A stretch of 63,705 nt of DNA, the filler included. It is 4 parts of 4 records of this genome, joined end to end, with 100 filler letters (N's around TTAATTAATTAA, not from the genome) between each part and the next. Parts side by side here need not be neighbours in the genome. Positions count along the whole stretch, not along the records: positions 1 to 28,628 come from DRR723986_4748; 3 more parts are not named here. One strand, given 5' to 3'. This document shows positions 8,445 to 19,228 of this stretch, in pieces. Numbering within the stretch: the first letter of the stretch is position 1; every line of letters begins with the position of its first letter. The position numbers and the translations under genes are program-made. A model generated the notes under the pieces. It was not told where the DNA came from. It ran no database searches and saw only the letters and a program-made list of their open reading frames with translations.

Positions 8445-11129
8445 TCATCTTGATCGAAACAGCTCGCTGGCAGCAAGAGCATGAACGAGAGACTTTACGC
8501 CGAGCCCGGACTGCTCAACTTCATTCACAATCTTGGTGATCTCGCGTCGATCGCCGAACTCGAGCTGCCGCCCAAGAGCAAATGAAGCCATCTTCTCAAC
8601 CGTCGCACGCAGAAAATCATCGCGTCGCTGCGTCGCAAGGTGCTGTTTTAGGGCAAGCATTCCGTCTAGCTCGACGCTACTCGGCAGCACGCTCGATGCA
8701 TCGATCTGCTTGCCGTCAATCCGCTGACGGAATCGTCCAAAGGCGTCGAAGTTCTCAAACGCAATGCCCCAAGGATCTATTTTCTGGTGGCACGACATGC
8801 AAGCGGCGTGATTGCGATGGTCCTCGATCCGTTCCTTCAACGTCATCTGGGCGACACGCGGATCGGTCAAGTCAATTTCTGGCACAGCGGGCGGAGGGGG
8901 AGGGGGCGGATCGGCAAGTAGATTTGTCAACAACCAAACACCTCGTTTAACCGGATGAGAATCCTCACCGTCGGAATTCATCGTCAGCGCGCCTGCTTGA
9001 GTGAGTAAGCCGCCGCGAAAACGACTCGCACTTCCACCACGACTGGTAGTGACACGTCGAAAGTCGTTCCCGTGGACGCCGGCAATGCCGTAGTGAGCAG
9101 CCAAACGCTCGTTGACAACAACGTAGTCTGCATCAATAAAGTCCAGAATGCTCGAATTGCGACTGAGCATGTCGGAAAGCAATTTGGCGGGCTCTTGCTT
9201 CATGGCTTCTAGGAGCGGTTCATCGAGCCCAGGCCCAGGGGTGGTGAACTTCAATTCCTGTAGCCCAAGCCATTGCTGGGCGAAATGCTTTGAAAATCTC
9301 GCAGAGCGCGGATCAGCGAGCATGCGTTCAACCTGCTGGTTCATCCCATCCGGGGTTTGCAAGAGTCCTTCATGGGCGGCTGCAAGTAATTCTTCGTCCG
9401 GCAGACTGCACCACAGGAAGAGCGATAGTCTCGTTGCGAGTTGCGAGGGCGATAGCAAATTTGAGTCGGACGCTGTGTGTTCGGAAAGCGAATCGTCGCC
9501 ACCTCGCGTTTGCGAAGTCTCGCTGGGAAGCACGTAAAGAAAGCGAGGCGAAGACAAGACGGTCGCCAGCACTTCGACGACAGCATCTTCAAAACTATCG
9601 CACGCTGGCCGCACGGTATTGAATAGTCGCATCTTTCGGTCGATGTCGCGCTGCGCAGGAACACTACGCCAAGCTCGCTGCAAGAATGCGGAGATGATCC
9701 CTCTCGCGCGGGCGGCCTCTTCGATCGCTTCGTGTTCATGGCCGCTGGCAAAAAGCCTTCGGTGGGCTTCCGGCGGCCACTCGGAATAAACCGGCGCAGT
9801 AACCTCAACGTGCTCAATCAATATTGCTGTGTCAGGGCCACTTCGACGTCCTGTAGGCACTGTAGTGTTCACGAACCGTATGTACTCGGATGGATTCGGG
9901 AGTTGGCCGAGCTTGGCTTCCGAACGAAACGTATTTCGAAAGAAGACCTCGCTGAGCGGAATGTGCCATGAGTAGACTTTGGGATCGCCATAGGCCGCGT
10001 CAATTTGAATATCACGCTGGCTAACCCGCTGGCTGGCACGGCCTTCGTTCGTCGACTGATAGCCAAACACTACAGCAAGACTCGGCGGGGCCGAATTTGC
10101 ATCGGCAGCCCTGGAAGCTCGAACGCGGATGCGAAGAACGCCAGCATCGGGAACCCTGTCGCCAAGTTCAACGGTCAGTCCCTCCCTCGAGCCAGGCTGA
10201 ACCACTGCGAAAAACCGGCCTGACGTGTCCCGATCGGTGGCCGATGAACTTGGCCGAAAGGCATACTTGGCTTGTCGGTAATTCCATTGCACATCGGCCC
10301 GCAATCCAGTCTTGCTGTCCCAGTAGTACGACTGCTTCGCGTTGGCCATAAAATCAGCCGTGACTTTGTCGATAGCCGCCGCAAGTTTCTCAGGCTCATC
10401 CTTGTGCTTCTTACGAGTCTCCGCGATCTTACGGTCCAGCTCCTTCTTCTCGCGATCGAACGCTGCTTTCATCGGAATGGACCAGTGAAGCTCAGCCGGT
10501 TTCGAACCGCGGACGGTTACCCGGCGAAGTGCTGTGAGTGCTAGCTTGCGGTATGCCTCAACTTGTTTTACAGACATGTGCATCGCAGCGGCGTCGTTCT
10601 CAAACGCTCCGTCTTCACTCATCTCTGACTGGAGCTCTCGATCGAACGTCCACGGTTCACCTAGTAGATCTTGGAGGGCATAGTTGTATTCGTACTTGGT
10701 CAACCGGCGAAACGACGATCGGGAGCCGCCCGCTTTGCGATGTTGCTCCGCCAACTGAATCTCGGCGGCGAGCCACTGCACAATTTTGGCTCGACCGTCG
10801 TCGGTCAGCTCACTCGACTCCGTCGGAGGCATCTCGCCTTTGCTGACGACCGCGTAAACCTCCAACCACCACGCAATGTCTTCACCGCTTATTAGATTAG
10901 GGTCGAGCGTGTCAGCCTGAAAATTCCCCTTCGCCTCGTTGCCACTGTGGCAGTCGTAGCAGGCATTTTTCAGCAATGGGCGGATTGAGCTTTTAAACTG
11001 CTCGAGCTGCGGAGTCGACTGACCGAGAGTCGATTTTGTAGGAATCCAGCTACAAAGAGCAAACGCGATGATTGCTCCAAGTAGCGGCGGTAGCATCGAC
11101 CGTATCCGGTCGGGATTGGAAAGTTTCAT
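8445..11129 (-). CDS. DUF1592-family planctomycete cytochrome-c domain protein
   Basis: CYDCH and CMSCH heme motifs, GEMPP, RRLTKYEY, PVKRGVW and PPPPPP. Confidence 0.85.
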   Translation of the reverse strand: MKLSNPDRIRSMLPPLLGAIIAFALCSWIPTKSTLGQSTPQLEQFKSSIRPLLKNACYDCHSGNEAKGNFQADTLDPNLISGEDIAWWLEVYAVVSKGEMPPTESSELTDDGRAKIVQWLAAEIQLAEQHRKAGGSRSSFRRLTKYEYNYALQDLLGEPWTFDRELQSEMSEDGAFENDAAAMHMSVKQVEAYRKLALTALRRVTVRGSKPAELHWSIPMKAAFDREKKELDRKIAETRKKHKDEPEKLAAAIDKVTADFMANAKQSYYWDSKTGLRADVQWNYRQAKYAFRPSSSATDRDTSGRFFAVVQPGSREGLTVELGDRVPDAGVLRIRVRASRAADANSAPPSLAVVFGYQSTNEGRASQRVSQRDIQIDAAYGDPKVYSWHIPLSEVFFRNTFRSEAKLGQLPNPSEYIRFVNTTVPTGRRSGPDTAILIEHVEVTAPVYSEWPPEAHRRLFASGHEHEAIEEAARARGIISAFLQRAWRSVPAQRDIDRKMRLFNTVRPACDSFEDAVVEVLATVLSSPRFLYVLPSETSQTRGGDDSLSEHTASDSNLLSPSQLATRLSLFLWCSLPDEELLAAAHEGLLQTPDGMNQQVERMLADPRSARFSKHFAQQWLGLQELKFTTPGPGLDEPLLEAMKQEPAKLLSDMLSRNSSILDFIDADYVVVNERLAAHYGIAGVHGNDFRRVTTSRGGSASRFRGGLLTQAGALTMNSDGEDSHPVKRGVWLLTNLLADPPPPPPPAVPEIDLTDPRVAQMTLKERIEDHRNHAACMSCHQKIDPWGIAFENFDAFGRFRQRIDGKQIDASSVLPSSVELDGMLALKQHLATQRRDDFLRATVEKMASFALGRQLEFGDRREITKIVNEVEQSGLGVKSLVHALAASELFRSR

Positions 11130-11391
11130 TGCCGCTTTGTAGGTGGGATAGAGGCGACGGAGGCGGGATTCTCAGTATAGCAGGTTTGGCGGGGGCTTTT
11201 CATATCCATCCGAGTTGCGACGACCATATCCGACTTGGAACATCTCAACTTGTGGCACTTTCGAGCTCGCCGGGCCGGGCTGTGGGAGAGTGCCGCTGTA
11301 GATGGGTTGGAAAGTGGAATTCCGTTAGGTGGGCCTGCACTTCCCGTATTGCCGATCGTCGCAGCGGTTAAAGTATTGGGAAGTGAATACA

Positions 11392-11498
11392 AACCTCGGC
11401 TAACGCCGTTCGGCTGATAAGCTGACAACCGTGGCTAGCGTCGGCTCACACCCGTCGGCTGCTTAGCTGACGACTTCGGCTAACGCCGTTCAGCTAAT
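11392..11498. repeat. Cluster of REP-like units
   Basis: CGGCTAACGCCGTTC(G/A)GCT occurs twice, plus a degenerate AACCGTGGCTAGCG copy. Resembles the right arm of the element at 1-78. Confidence 0.65.
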
Positions 11499-11575
11499 GA
11501 ATCGCCCGACGTCTGAAGTGACATGCGAACTCTTCAGAACCACTTTCAAACTCTATTCAAGGCGGACCCAACGTA

Positions 11576-12025
11576 ATGTCGGACAGCAACTTATCAGTCG
11601 GACCAACTCCGGCGCCAGCTTGGTTTTGGATTGTCAGTGTCATTGCATTGTTATGGAACTTGCTTGGCTTGATGGCTTTCGTAGCACAGATGATGATGAC
11701 CGAAGAGGCAATGCAGAGCTTGCCGCCTGAGCAACAGGAAATTTACGCCAGTCTTCCGCAGTGGATCACCGTCTTTTTCGCCATGGCTGTATTTGGAGGC
11801 ACCTTCGGATGCATCGCCCTGTTGATGCGCTCAAGAGTTGCCGTCGTATTGCTGGCAATTTCGTTGATCGGAGTCATTGTCCAGTACGGGCACATGTTCT
11901 TCTTTACCGACACACCTGCGGTGATGGGTGCGGCAAACATGGTACTCCCGGTCCTTGTCGTCTTAGTGTCGATCGCCCTAGTCCCATACGCTCTATTTTG
12001 TAACCAAAAGAAATTGTTGCGGTAA
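11576..12025 (+). CDS. Four-TM hypothetical membrane protein
   Basis: Four hydrophobic segments and a PAWFWIVS...WNLLG motif. Confidence 0.8.
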   Translation: MSDSNLSVGPTPAPAWFWIVSVIALLWNLLGLMAFVAQMMMTEEAMQSLPPEQQEIYASLPQWITVFFAMAVFGGTFGCIALLMRSRVAVVLLAISLIGVIVQYGHMFFFTDTPAVMGAANMVLPVLVVLVSIALVPYALFCNQKKLLR

Positions 12026-12106
12026 CAGCGGACCGAGGGCAGAGAACAGAGGGCAAACCGGCTGCCTGAGACAAACGTGTCTGACGTGAATAGAAGGAAG
12101 CGAACC

Positions 12107-13543
12107 ATGCAGCAAATCGACAGAAGATCGCTAATTGGCGGGACCGTGGCAGCGCTCGGGGCATCGAGCATCCACGAATCCACTGCAAAGGCTAGCCCAA
12201 GTGCGGATCAAGAATGTCCGCTTGGAACCATCTCGGAATCAGCACGCGCGACGGTGGTCGCCGGCAAGTCCAATGTACTTGTTTGCGGCGGCGGTCCAGC
12301 GGGCATAAGCGCCGCGATCGCTGCAGCTCGGGATGGCGCGTCGGTTCAACTCCTTGAATGTCACGGATGCCTCGGCGGAGTCTGGACCAGCGGCATGCTG
12401 TCTTACGTAATTGACGCCGACAAACCTGGATTCAATCGTGAACTCATTCGCCGACTAAACGAAGGCAACGCCAAGTACGGCACGTTTGAGATGCGCCCTC
12501 GCTCGTGGCTGTCGTACATGTACGACGTCGAGACAATGAAATGGGTATTGGAGTGCTACATCAGCGAACTCAAAATCGCCACTCAACTGCATACGCGCGT
12601 TGTAAGTGTCGATGTCGACAAATCTGGTTCCATCAAAGGCGTCATAACGGAGTCGAAGTCTGGTCGCCAAGCTTGGCTGGCCGATGTGGTCATTGACGCG
12701 ACAGGGGACGGAGACGTTGGGGCCCTGGCAGGTTGCTCTTTCGAGATTGGTGACGGAGCTGGACAAGACGATTGTCCTTGTCAACCAATGTCGCTGATCG
12801 GCGTTGTTTCCGCTCCGCCAGAATTGCTGCACCAGTTCAGCCGAGCCGGTAGCACAGACGGCAAGCACAAAGATCGGTTTCGAGCGGAGATAGAACGCGG
12901 CGGCTACAAACCGAGTTACACCAAGCCGACGATCTTCCACATGGGTGGCTCGATCGCTTCGGTGATGATGAATCATGAGTACGGAGTTCGGCCCGATGAT
13001 GCGGCCGCCATCACCGAAGCAACCTTTCGTGCACGCAACGAGCTAAACAAGATCATTCGTGGCCTTCAGACCCTACCCGAATGGCAAGACTTGCGTCTGG
13101 TGACAACCAGCGAGCAGATTGGCGTTCGCGATGGACGACGCCTGAAAGGCCGCGAGGTCGTGCGCAAGGATTCTGTAATCTCAGGGAAGCGGGTCGAGGA
13201 CAGCGTTTGCACGTCTGGCTTCTGTGTCGACATTCATGCGCTGAAGAAGTCCGATGGCGGTTATGGAAATCGCGGCATCAAGGCGAAGCCCTTCGACATC
13301 CCACTTGGTGCCCTGCTTTCGGCAGAAGTCGACAACCTGATGATGGCAGGGCGTTGCATCAGCGGTGACTTTATTGCACACTCCAGTTATCGTGTTACAG
13401 GCAATGCTGTCGCCATGGGCGAATTTGCTGGCGTCGCTGCTTCCATTGCCAGCCGCAGTAAGACGGCCCCTCATGAAATTGCCTACTCCAAGGTCCGCAA
13501 ACGCGTTGATGCAATTCGCAAACAACAAGGTACGATTCAGTAG
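12107..13543 (+). CDS. FAD-dependent oxidoreductase with Tat-like signal
   Basis: IDRRSLIG leader, VCGGGPAG, IDATGDGD and MAGRCISGD. Confidence 0.9.
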   Translation: MQQIDRRSLIGGTVAALGASSIHESTAKASPSADQECPLGTISESARATVVAGKSNVLVCGGGPAGISAAIAAARDGASVQLLECHGCLGGVWTSGMLSYVIDADKPGFNRELIRRLNEGNAKYGTFEMRPRSWLSYMYDVETMKWVLECYISELKIATQLHTRVVSVDVDKSGSIKGVITESKSGRQAWLADVVIDATGDGDVGALAGCSFEIGDGAGQDDCPCQPMSLIGVVSAPPELLHQFSRAGSTDGKHKDRFRAEIERGGYKPSYTKPTIFHMGGSIASVMMNHEYGVRPDDAAAITEATFRARNELNKIIRGLQTLPEWQDLRLVTTSEQIGVRDGRRLKGREVVRKDSVISGKRVEDSVCTSGFCVDIHALKKSDGGYGNRGIKAKPFDIPLGALLSAEVDNLMMAGRCISGDFIAHSSYRVTGNAVAMGEFAGVAASIASRSKTAPHEIAYSKVRKRVDAIRKQQGTIQ

Positions 13544-13591
13544 CCGGGCAATTCGTTCACAAAGAAATTTTATCCAGACGGAATTACATAG

Positions 13592-13993
13592 ATGAGCACC
13601 GACAACGAAGGATCCGAGAAAGACAATTCTGCCGGAGAGCCTAGCCCTGCACCCGAGGGAGATGCGTCGAACGCACCACAAGTGCAGAACGCCACTGCAC
13701 AACAAGTTTCACAGTTTGTGACGACGATCAAGAACCCTCAGCAACAGGTTGGTGAGCACGTCATTTCGGCTCTGCAGCACGAGGACACCGTCGCCGTTTT
13801 GACCAGTGTCGTCGTCGGTCCCGGCGGGCAACAGCATATCGTCTCAGCGGCTCTTGATCCGCAACAAGCTGCAGTTGTGAACCAGCTCCTTCAGGGTGCA
13901 GCCCAACAACGCGAGCCGGAGGAATTGTGCGTCGGCTTCCACTGCCTTATCAAGCCAAAGAAATCTGCAGACACCGACGCTGAACCGTCCTAG
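13592..13993 (+). CDS. Hypothetical protein
   Basis: 133-aa ORF with a low-complexity N-terminus and a C-terminal CVGFHC. Confidence 0.65.
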   Translation: MSTDNEGSEKDNSAGEPSPAPEGDASNAPQVQNATAQQVSQFVTTIKNPQQQVGEHVISALQHEDTVAVLTSVVVGPGGQQHIVSAALDPQQAAVVNQLLQGAAQQREPEELCVGFHCLIKPKKSADTDAEPS

Positions 13994-14015
13994 CGCGAAC
14001 TATCGATGGTCCCAC

Positions 14016-14037
14016 GTAGTGCAGGCAGCCTGCCTGC
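14016..14037. repeat. GTAG-type REP-like hairpin
   Basis: GTAGT followed by the perfect inverted repeat GCAGGCAG-C-CTGCCTGC. Confidence 0.45.
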
Positions 14038-14206
14038 GACAACTAACCGCACGAAACCTTCTACGGAATGCGCGGTTCCCCCGCGTAGAGTTCACGCTTT
14101 GTTCGTGTCGCCGCGACGACGCGGGTTGGCAAGAATCAACCTGCGGTCTGGAAAATGAATATGCTGCCGTGTGAGGGAAGTTGTGAGAAGTACTCAATCC
14201 ATACCA

Positions 14207-15304
14207 ATGCCTTGCACCTCCAGCAGTTTTTTCTTTTCATTTGTCGTAGGTTCGCTTGGGCTCGCTAGCATCTGGGTTCTCGCGGGCGAGAACGGCCAAG
14301 CAAAAGTAACCGATGCAAAGAAGAACTACACTCTGAAGCCCACTAAGCTGCGGCAGTCGCGCGCGGTTGAAGCTGCTGCAGCGAGTTGCGACACTACGGA
14401 CGACCTGCCCAGTAAGCCAATTCCCAATGGGAAGACCCCGGATTGGTTGTTAGTCGACGAACCAGCCAATCCGCCCGACTCCAACGCTCTTGGTTCTGTG
14501 GACTACAGCTTTGAAATCATGAAATGCGAGGTGACCTGCGATCAGTACCTCACATTCTTACAGGCTGTCGCATCGGAGTCGGATCCACATAAACTTTGGC
14601 AAAGAGCCATGGGGGACCATGTCATCACCGATCTTGGCCAGGGAGGCATTCGAATGGATGTGCCCCAGTGCATTTTTCGTCGCGGCCAACGAGGTGACTA
14701 CTCCTACGAAGTTGCTGAAGGTTGGGAGAATCACCCCGTTATTTTCGTCACGTGCGACAGCGCGATGCGTTACGCAAACTGGTTGCATAACGGTGGACCT
14801 GACGAGCCCAATGCCGACACCGAAACCGGTGCATACGTGATGTCTGCTGGCGCGGAAGTGCACCGCACTGCTGACGCCAAGTATTGGTTGCCGAGCGAGA
14901 ATGAATGGTACAAAGCGGCTTACTATCAACGCCACAACAGCGGTGGACCGGACGACAACTACTGGGAGTTTCCTACATGCTCGAACGAAAAACCCAGCAA
15001 CAAGAATCCTGACAACCTGGAGGACACCGCTGCAACAAATGCAGCCGTCTACTCCAAGGGCTTTGGCGGCATTCAACCCGTCGGCTCCTACCCGCAGGCG
15101 ATGAGCCCGTTCGGTGCTTTGGACATGGGCGGAAACGTCTGGGAATGGACCGACGACGTTATTCATGGCGACAAACGCGTCTTGCGAGGTGGTGCCGCAG
15201 CACACACTTGGCATAAAATGAGAAAGGACGTTCGCTCCAATGCGAGTCCGGACCGCTGGTATCCAGACACAGGTTTTCGGCTAGCAAGGAGGGCCAGGAA
15301 ATGA
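14207..15304 (+). CDS. FGE/SUMF1-fold protein
   Basis: EVT..QY, LPSENEWYKAA, DMGGNVWEW, RVLRGG and GFRL motifs. Confidence 0.88.
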   Translation: MPCTSSSFFFSFVVGSLGLASIWVLAGENGQAKVTDAKKNYTLKPTKLRQSRAVEAAAASCDTTDDLPSKPIPNGKTPDWLLVDEPANPPDSNALGSVDYSFEIMKCEVTCDQYLTFLQAVASESDPHKLWQRAMGDHVITDLGQGGIRMDVPQCIFRRGQRGDYSYEVAEGWENHPVIFVTCDSAMRYANWLHNGGPDEPNADTETGAYVMSAGAEVHRTADAKYWLPSENEWYKAAYYQRHNSGGPDDNYWEFPTCSNEKPSNKNPDNLEDTAATNAAVYSKGFGGIQPVGSYPQAMSPFGALDMGGNVWEWTDDVIHGDKRVLRGGAAAHTWHKMRKDVRSNASPDRWYPDTGFRLARRARK

Positions 15305-17898
15305 AGCGTCCCCGCCGCACTTCACACTTCGTTGCCCGCCGAGCTTTCGCATTCTCCTCAGCCATAGCAATTTGCACAGCTTTGACATTGCAGGGATTTG
15401 CGACAGAGCTTACTCCAGACCAAGACTTCCTGAGCGAACATTGTTTGGCTTGTCACGATTCAGCATCCAAGGAAGGAGGCTTGGACCTTGAAACACTTGC
15501 CCAAGTTTCGCTGAAGGCATCCAACACGCTTCGACAGAGCGAATCGGCCGCTTTCGAGTCTTGGGTGAAGGTGCTTGATCGTGTTCGCGCGGGCGAGATG
15601 CCACCACCTTCCGAACCAGCCCCCAGTACGCAACAGAGCGAGTCTTATTGCAACGCACTTGAAGACAAACTGCACGCAATTTCGACAACGGACCAAGATC
15701 GACACGGTCGAGTTGTCTATCGGCGATTGAACCGCACCGAATACGCAAACACGATTCGCGACCTCTTATGCGTCACCACTCCACTTGAGGAAATGTTGCC
15801 AGAGGATGCAACTGAGGATGGATTCGACAATGTAGGGCGTGCCCTGAATCTCTCCGTCGCACACCTCGAACGATACCTTGCCGCAGCCGACCGCGCGTTG
15901 CTTGACGCAACCGCTAATTCATCTACATCGCCGACGAAAACCATTCGAACGGACTATGAAGAGACCTGGCACGATTACAACCACGGATTTCAGAATAGCC
16001 AGTGGGTCAACGCAAAGGACGGCAACCTCGCATTGATCGGTGGCGGTGGCTCCATCCCCCACGGGACACTTCGTGCTTGGAGTCCACCTGTCGCAGATGC
16101 GACCTATAGATTCCGTGTCCGTGCGCGAGCCATGATGCAGCGCAAGGATTCAGGTCAAGAGCGACTGGTACATGACCGTGCAATTATTGCAAGACTCGGA
16201 CTTGGTTCTCAGTTCAAAGATGGTTCGACAGAACCGATTGCATACGTTGAACTGAGTCCAGATCAATATCGCGAGTTTGAGTTTTATGCACGCGTCCCAG
16301 GCGGGCAAAGCTTTTCTATCGAGCCACACCGCATTGTTAAGCAGGATCCCAACGACAAGGCGATGCAGTGGGGCATGTGCATCGTCGTCGATTGGATTGA
16401 CATAGAAGGCCCCATCTACGGTGATGGTCGCACAAAGACCGGCGGGGAACAGACGGCGGCTTGGCCGCCCGAGGGGCATCGGTTGCTTTATGGCAACGCG
16501 ACAAGTATCAACGTTTCGTCTGAGAGTTGCACCGGAGCACGCATCGAAGCCCAGCCGGATCACCAAAGAGCAACAAGCCTGCTCCAGAAGTTCTTGCCGC
16601 TTGCATTCCGGCGGCCTGTCACCGAAGACGAGCTCCAGTGGCATCTAGAGTTGTTTGACGAACAGATTGCAGAGGGCCAAACGTTTGATGCCGCAATTCG
16701 CGCCGCTTACAAACTCGCTTTGACTTCACCCGCGTTCCTCTTCTTGGAAGAGTCGCCTGGACCGTTGAACGATCATGCACTTGCCTGCAGGTTGAGCTAT
16801 GGCCTTTGGGGCTCTGCACCCGACGATGAACTGCGAAAGTTGGCCGATGAAGGTCGGCTGCAAGATTCAACGGTGCTACGACAGCAGACGCAGCGGTTGC
16901 TGGATTCCCCAAACGCCCAGCGTTTCGCAAACCAGTTCCTGGACAGTTGGTTGAATTTGAGAGATATCAACTTCACAACCCCAGACCTTAAGCTGTATCC
17001 AGAGTTTGACAGCTACTTGCAGGCCAGCATGCTCGCCGAAACAAGACGATACTTCGCCGAGATGGTACATTCCAACTTGCCAGCGAGCAGTGTCGTCGCC
17101 AGCGATTTCGCTTATCTGAATCCTCGCTTGGCCGAGCACTACGGTCTGACCGCGGCCTACAAAGCCCAACTCGAAGCATCGACGCAACATACTGTTAGAA
17201 GCGGTCCAACATTTCCGCCTGAGCGAGAACGGCTGATCAAAGTGGCGTTGCCAGATGGATCCCATCGCGGCGGCTTGATCACGCAAGGGGCGGTTCTGAA
17301 AGTCAGCGCAAATGGAACCAACACGTCTCCAATTGTCCGTGGCGCGTACTTTCTGGAACGAATTCTCGGCACTCCACCTTCACCGCCACCAGCCAATGTG
17401 CCGGCGGTGGAGCCCGATATTCGTGGGGCAACAACCATCCGAGAACAACTTGCCAAACACCGTGACCAAGTTGCATGTGCAAGCTGCCATGCGATCATCG
17501 ACCCACCGGGTTTCGCCCTGGAGAGTTTTGATGCAACCGGCCGCTGGCGCAAACACTACCGAATCATTCCCGAAAGTGCCGCCGACAAGACGGTCAAGAA
17601 TGCTGGCAGCGAAGTGGTCTATTACGAAGACGGCCCTCAAGTTGAGTCCCATTATCAACTCGCTGACGGGCGACGATTTGCGGACATTGATGAATTCCGG
17701 GAACTCATGCTGGCCGATAATGAACTCATAGCCCGCTGCTTGGTTGAGAAACTGACAACGCATCTCACCGGCGCGAAGCCACAATTTGCCGATCGCCGCG
17801 TCATCGATAACATCCTCAACGCAACTCGTGCTGACGGATTTCGAGTGAAAGACTTGATCCACGCGGTTATCCAGAGTCGAATGTTTAGGCACAGATAG
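15301..17898 (+). CDS. DUF1592-family planctomycete cytochrome-c domain protein
   Basis: CLACH, GEMPP, RRLNRTEYANTIRDLL, TSPIVRG and CASCH. Confidence 0.88.
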   Translation: MKRPRRTSHFVARRAFAFSSAIAICTALTLQGFATELTPDQDFLSEHCLACHDSASKEGGLDLETLAQVSLKASNTLRQSESAAFESWVKVLDRVRAGEMPPPSEPAPSTQQSESYCNALEDKLHAISTTDQDRHGRVVYRRLNRTEYANTIRDLLCVTTPLEEMLPEDATEDGFDNVGRALNLSVAHLERYLAAADRALLDATANSSTSPTKTIRTDYEETWHDYNHGFQNSQWVNAKDGNLALIGGGGSIPHGTLRAWSPPVADATYRFRVRARAMMQRKDSGQERLVHDRAIIARLGLGSQFKDGSTEPIAYVELSPDQYREFEFYARVPGGQSFSIEPHRIVKQDPNDKAMQWGMCIVVDWIDIEGPIYGDGRTKTGGEQTAAWPPEGHRLLYGNATSINVSSESCTGARIEAQPDHQRATSLLQKFLPLAFRRPVTEDELQWHLELFDEQIAEGQTFDAAIRAAYKLALTSPAFLFLEESPGPLNDHALACRLSYGLWGSAPDDELRKLADEGRLQDSTVLRQQTQRLLDSPNAQRFANQFLDSWLNLRDINFTTPDLKLYPEFDSYLQASMLAETRRYFAEMVHSNLPASSVVASDFAYLNPRLAEHYGLTAAYKAQLEASTQHTVRSGPTFPPERERLIKVALPDGSHRGGLITQGAVLKVSANGTNTSPIVRGAYFLERILGTPPSPPPANVPAVEPDIRGATTIREQLAKHRDQVACASCHAIIDPPGFALESFDATGRWRKHYRIIPESAADKTVKNAGSEVVYYEDGPQVESHYQLADGRRFADIDEFRELMLADNELIARCLVEKLTTHLTGAKPQFADRRVIDNILNATRADGFRVKDLIHAVIQSRMFRHR

Positions 17899-17937
17899 GC
17901 GTTTCCGCAGTGCTGCAATCCAGGTGGTGAAACCAAG

Positions 17938-19203
17938 ATGAAACCTTTCGTTCAAAAACACCTCGACCGGCGAACTCTACTCCGAAGTGCTGGAGTCGCA
18001 TTAGCGCTGCCTTGGCTTGACTCCATGCAGCCCGCACTAGCCGCCGAGCGTCAGCAGCCAAAGCGTTTTTTGGGCGTGTTGAACTACTTTAGTTTCCACG
18101 CACCGCTGCTCTTTCCCTCGGACACAGGCTTCGACTACAAGCCCTCGCCATACTTAGAGCACCTGGCCGACCAACGCGACGACTTCACCATAGTATCTGG
18201 ACTGAACCATCCTGATGTTCGAGACGGACATGCGTCGGACAAGTCGTATTTCACCGGTGCACCGCACCCAAGTTCGTCATCATTCCGCAACAGCATTTCT
18301 GTTGATCAGTTCGCCGCAGAGAAGATCGGCCACCTGACGCGATATCCATCGTTGAATTTCTCTACTAGTACGGCCTACAGTTGCAGCTACAACCGGCACG
18401 GCGTTGCTCTTCCCCCCGAAACCAGCCCGGCGGCCGCTTTCGCGAAGCTGTTTGTTAACGGCACCAGTGAAGAAGTGGCACATGAACTAGCCCGCGTCCG
18501 CGAAGGCCGTTCGATTCTCGATCGCGTAAGTGGCCAAGCGAAAAGACTCAGCAATAACGTAGGCCCCGCCGATCGCGAGAAACTTGACCAATACTTCAGT
18601 AGCGTTCGTGAGCTAGAGCAACGATTTGTTCGAGCCGAAGACTATGTCCGCAAACCGAAGCCCAAGGTGGATGTGACCGAGATCGCGGATCCAGATGCTG
18701 GAGAAGACATCGTTCGCTTCGGGCTCCTGCTGCAAGTCTCGCGGCTAGCGATGGAAGCAGATCTTACGAGAATTGTGACGCTGTACTACGTCGGCAGCAG
18801 CAAGACGCCCTCCCAGCCCGGTGAGAGCTTTGCCTACCACAATCTAAGCCACCATGGCCAGGACTCGGACAAGATTAAGAAGCTATCCGTTCTTGAGCGT
18901 GACCTGCTGAAGCAGTGGGGCAAATTTATGACGGCGATGCGGCAAACGGATGTCGCTGGAGCTTCGCTGCTTGACGAAACGTTTGCCACCATGGGAGCAG
19001 CCATGGGAAATGCGTCCAGCCACAGCGCTACCAATCTGCCGTTGATCGTCGCCGGTGCAAAAATGCGTCACGGCCAGCACTTGGCGCACGATCCAGAGAA
19101 TCCACCACCGTTGTGCAATGTCTGGATCAATGCCCTGCAGCACCTAGGTGTGGAGACCGACCGCTTCGGCAGTGGCTCGAGCACGCTTCGCGGTCTTGTT
19201 TAA
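17938..19203 (+). CDS. DUF1552 family protein (HxxSHH)
   Basis: LDRRTLLRSAGVALALPWL leader, ISVDQ and HNLSHH. Confidence 0.88.
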   Translation: MKPFVQKHLDRRTLLRSAGVALALPWLDSMQPALAAERQQPKRFLGVLNYFSFHAPLLFPSDTGFDYKPSPYLEHLADQRDDFTIVSGLNHPDVRDGHASDKSYFTGAPHPSSSSFRNSISVDQFAAEKIGHLTRYPSLNFSTSTAYSCSYNRHGVALPPETSPAAAFAKLFVNGTSEEVAHELARVREGRSILDRVSGQAKRLSNNVGPADREKLDQYFSSVRELEQRFVRAEDYVRKPKPKVDVTEIADPDAGEDIVRFGLLLQVSRLAMEADLTRIVTLYYVGSSKTPSQPGESFAYHNLSHHGQDSDKIKKLSVLERDLLKQWGKFMTAMRQTDVAGASLLDETFATMGAAMGNASSHSATNLPLIVAGAKMRHGQHLAHDPENPPPLCNVWINALQHLGVETDRFGSGSSTLRGLV

Positions 19204-19228
19204 GCCACCCGGCTCAAGGGCTGGCCGT

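Noticed and set aside
14207..15304. Possible diversity-generating retroelement target (FGE/C-type lectin fold)
   Set aside because: No reverse transcriptase or template repeat is seen on the contig.
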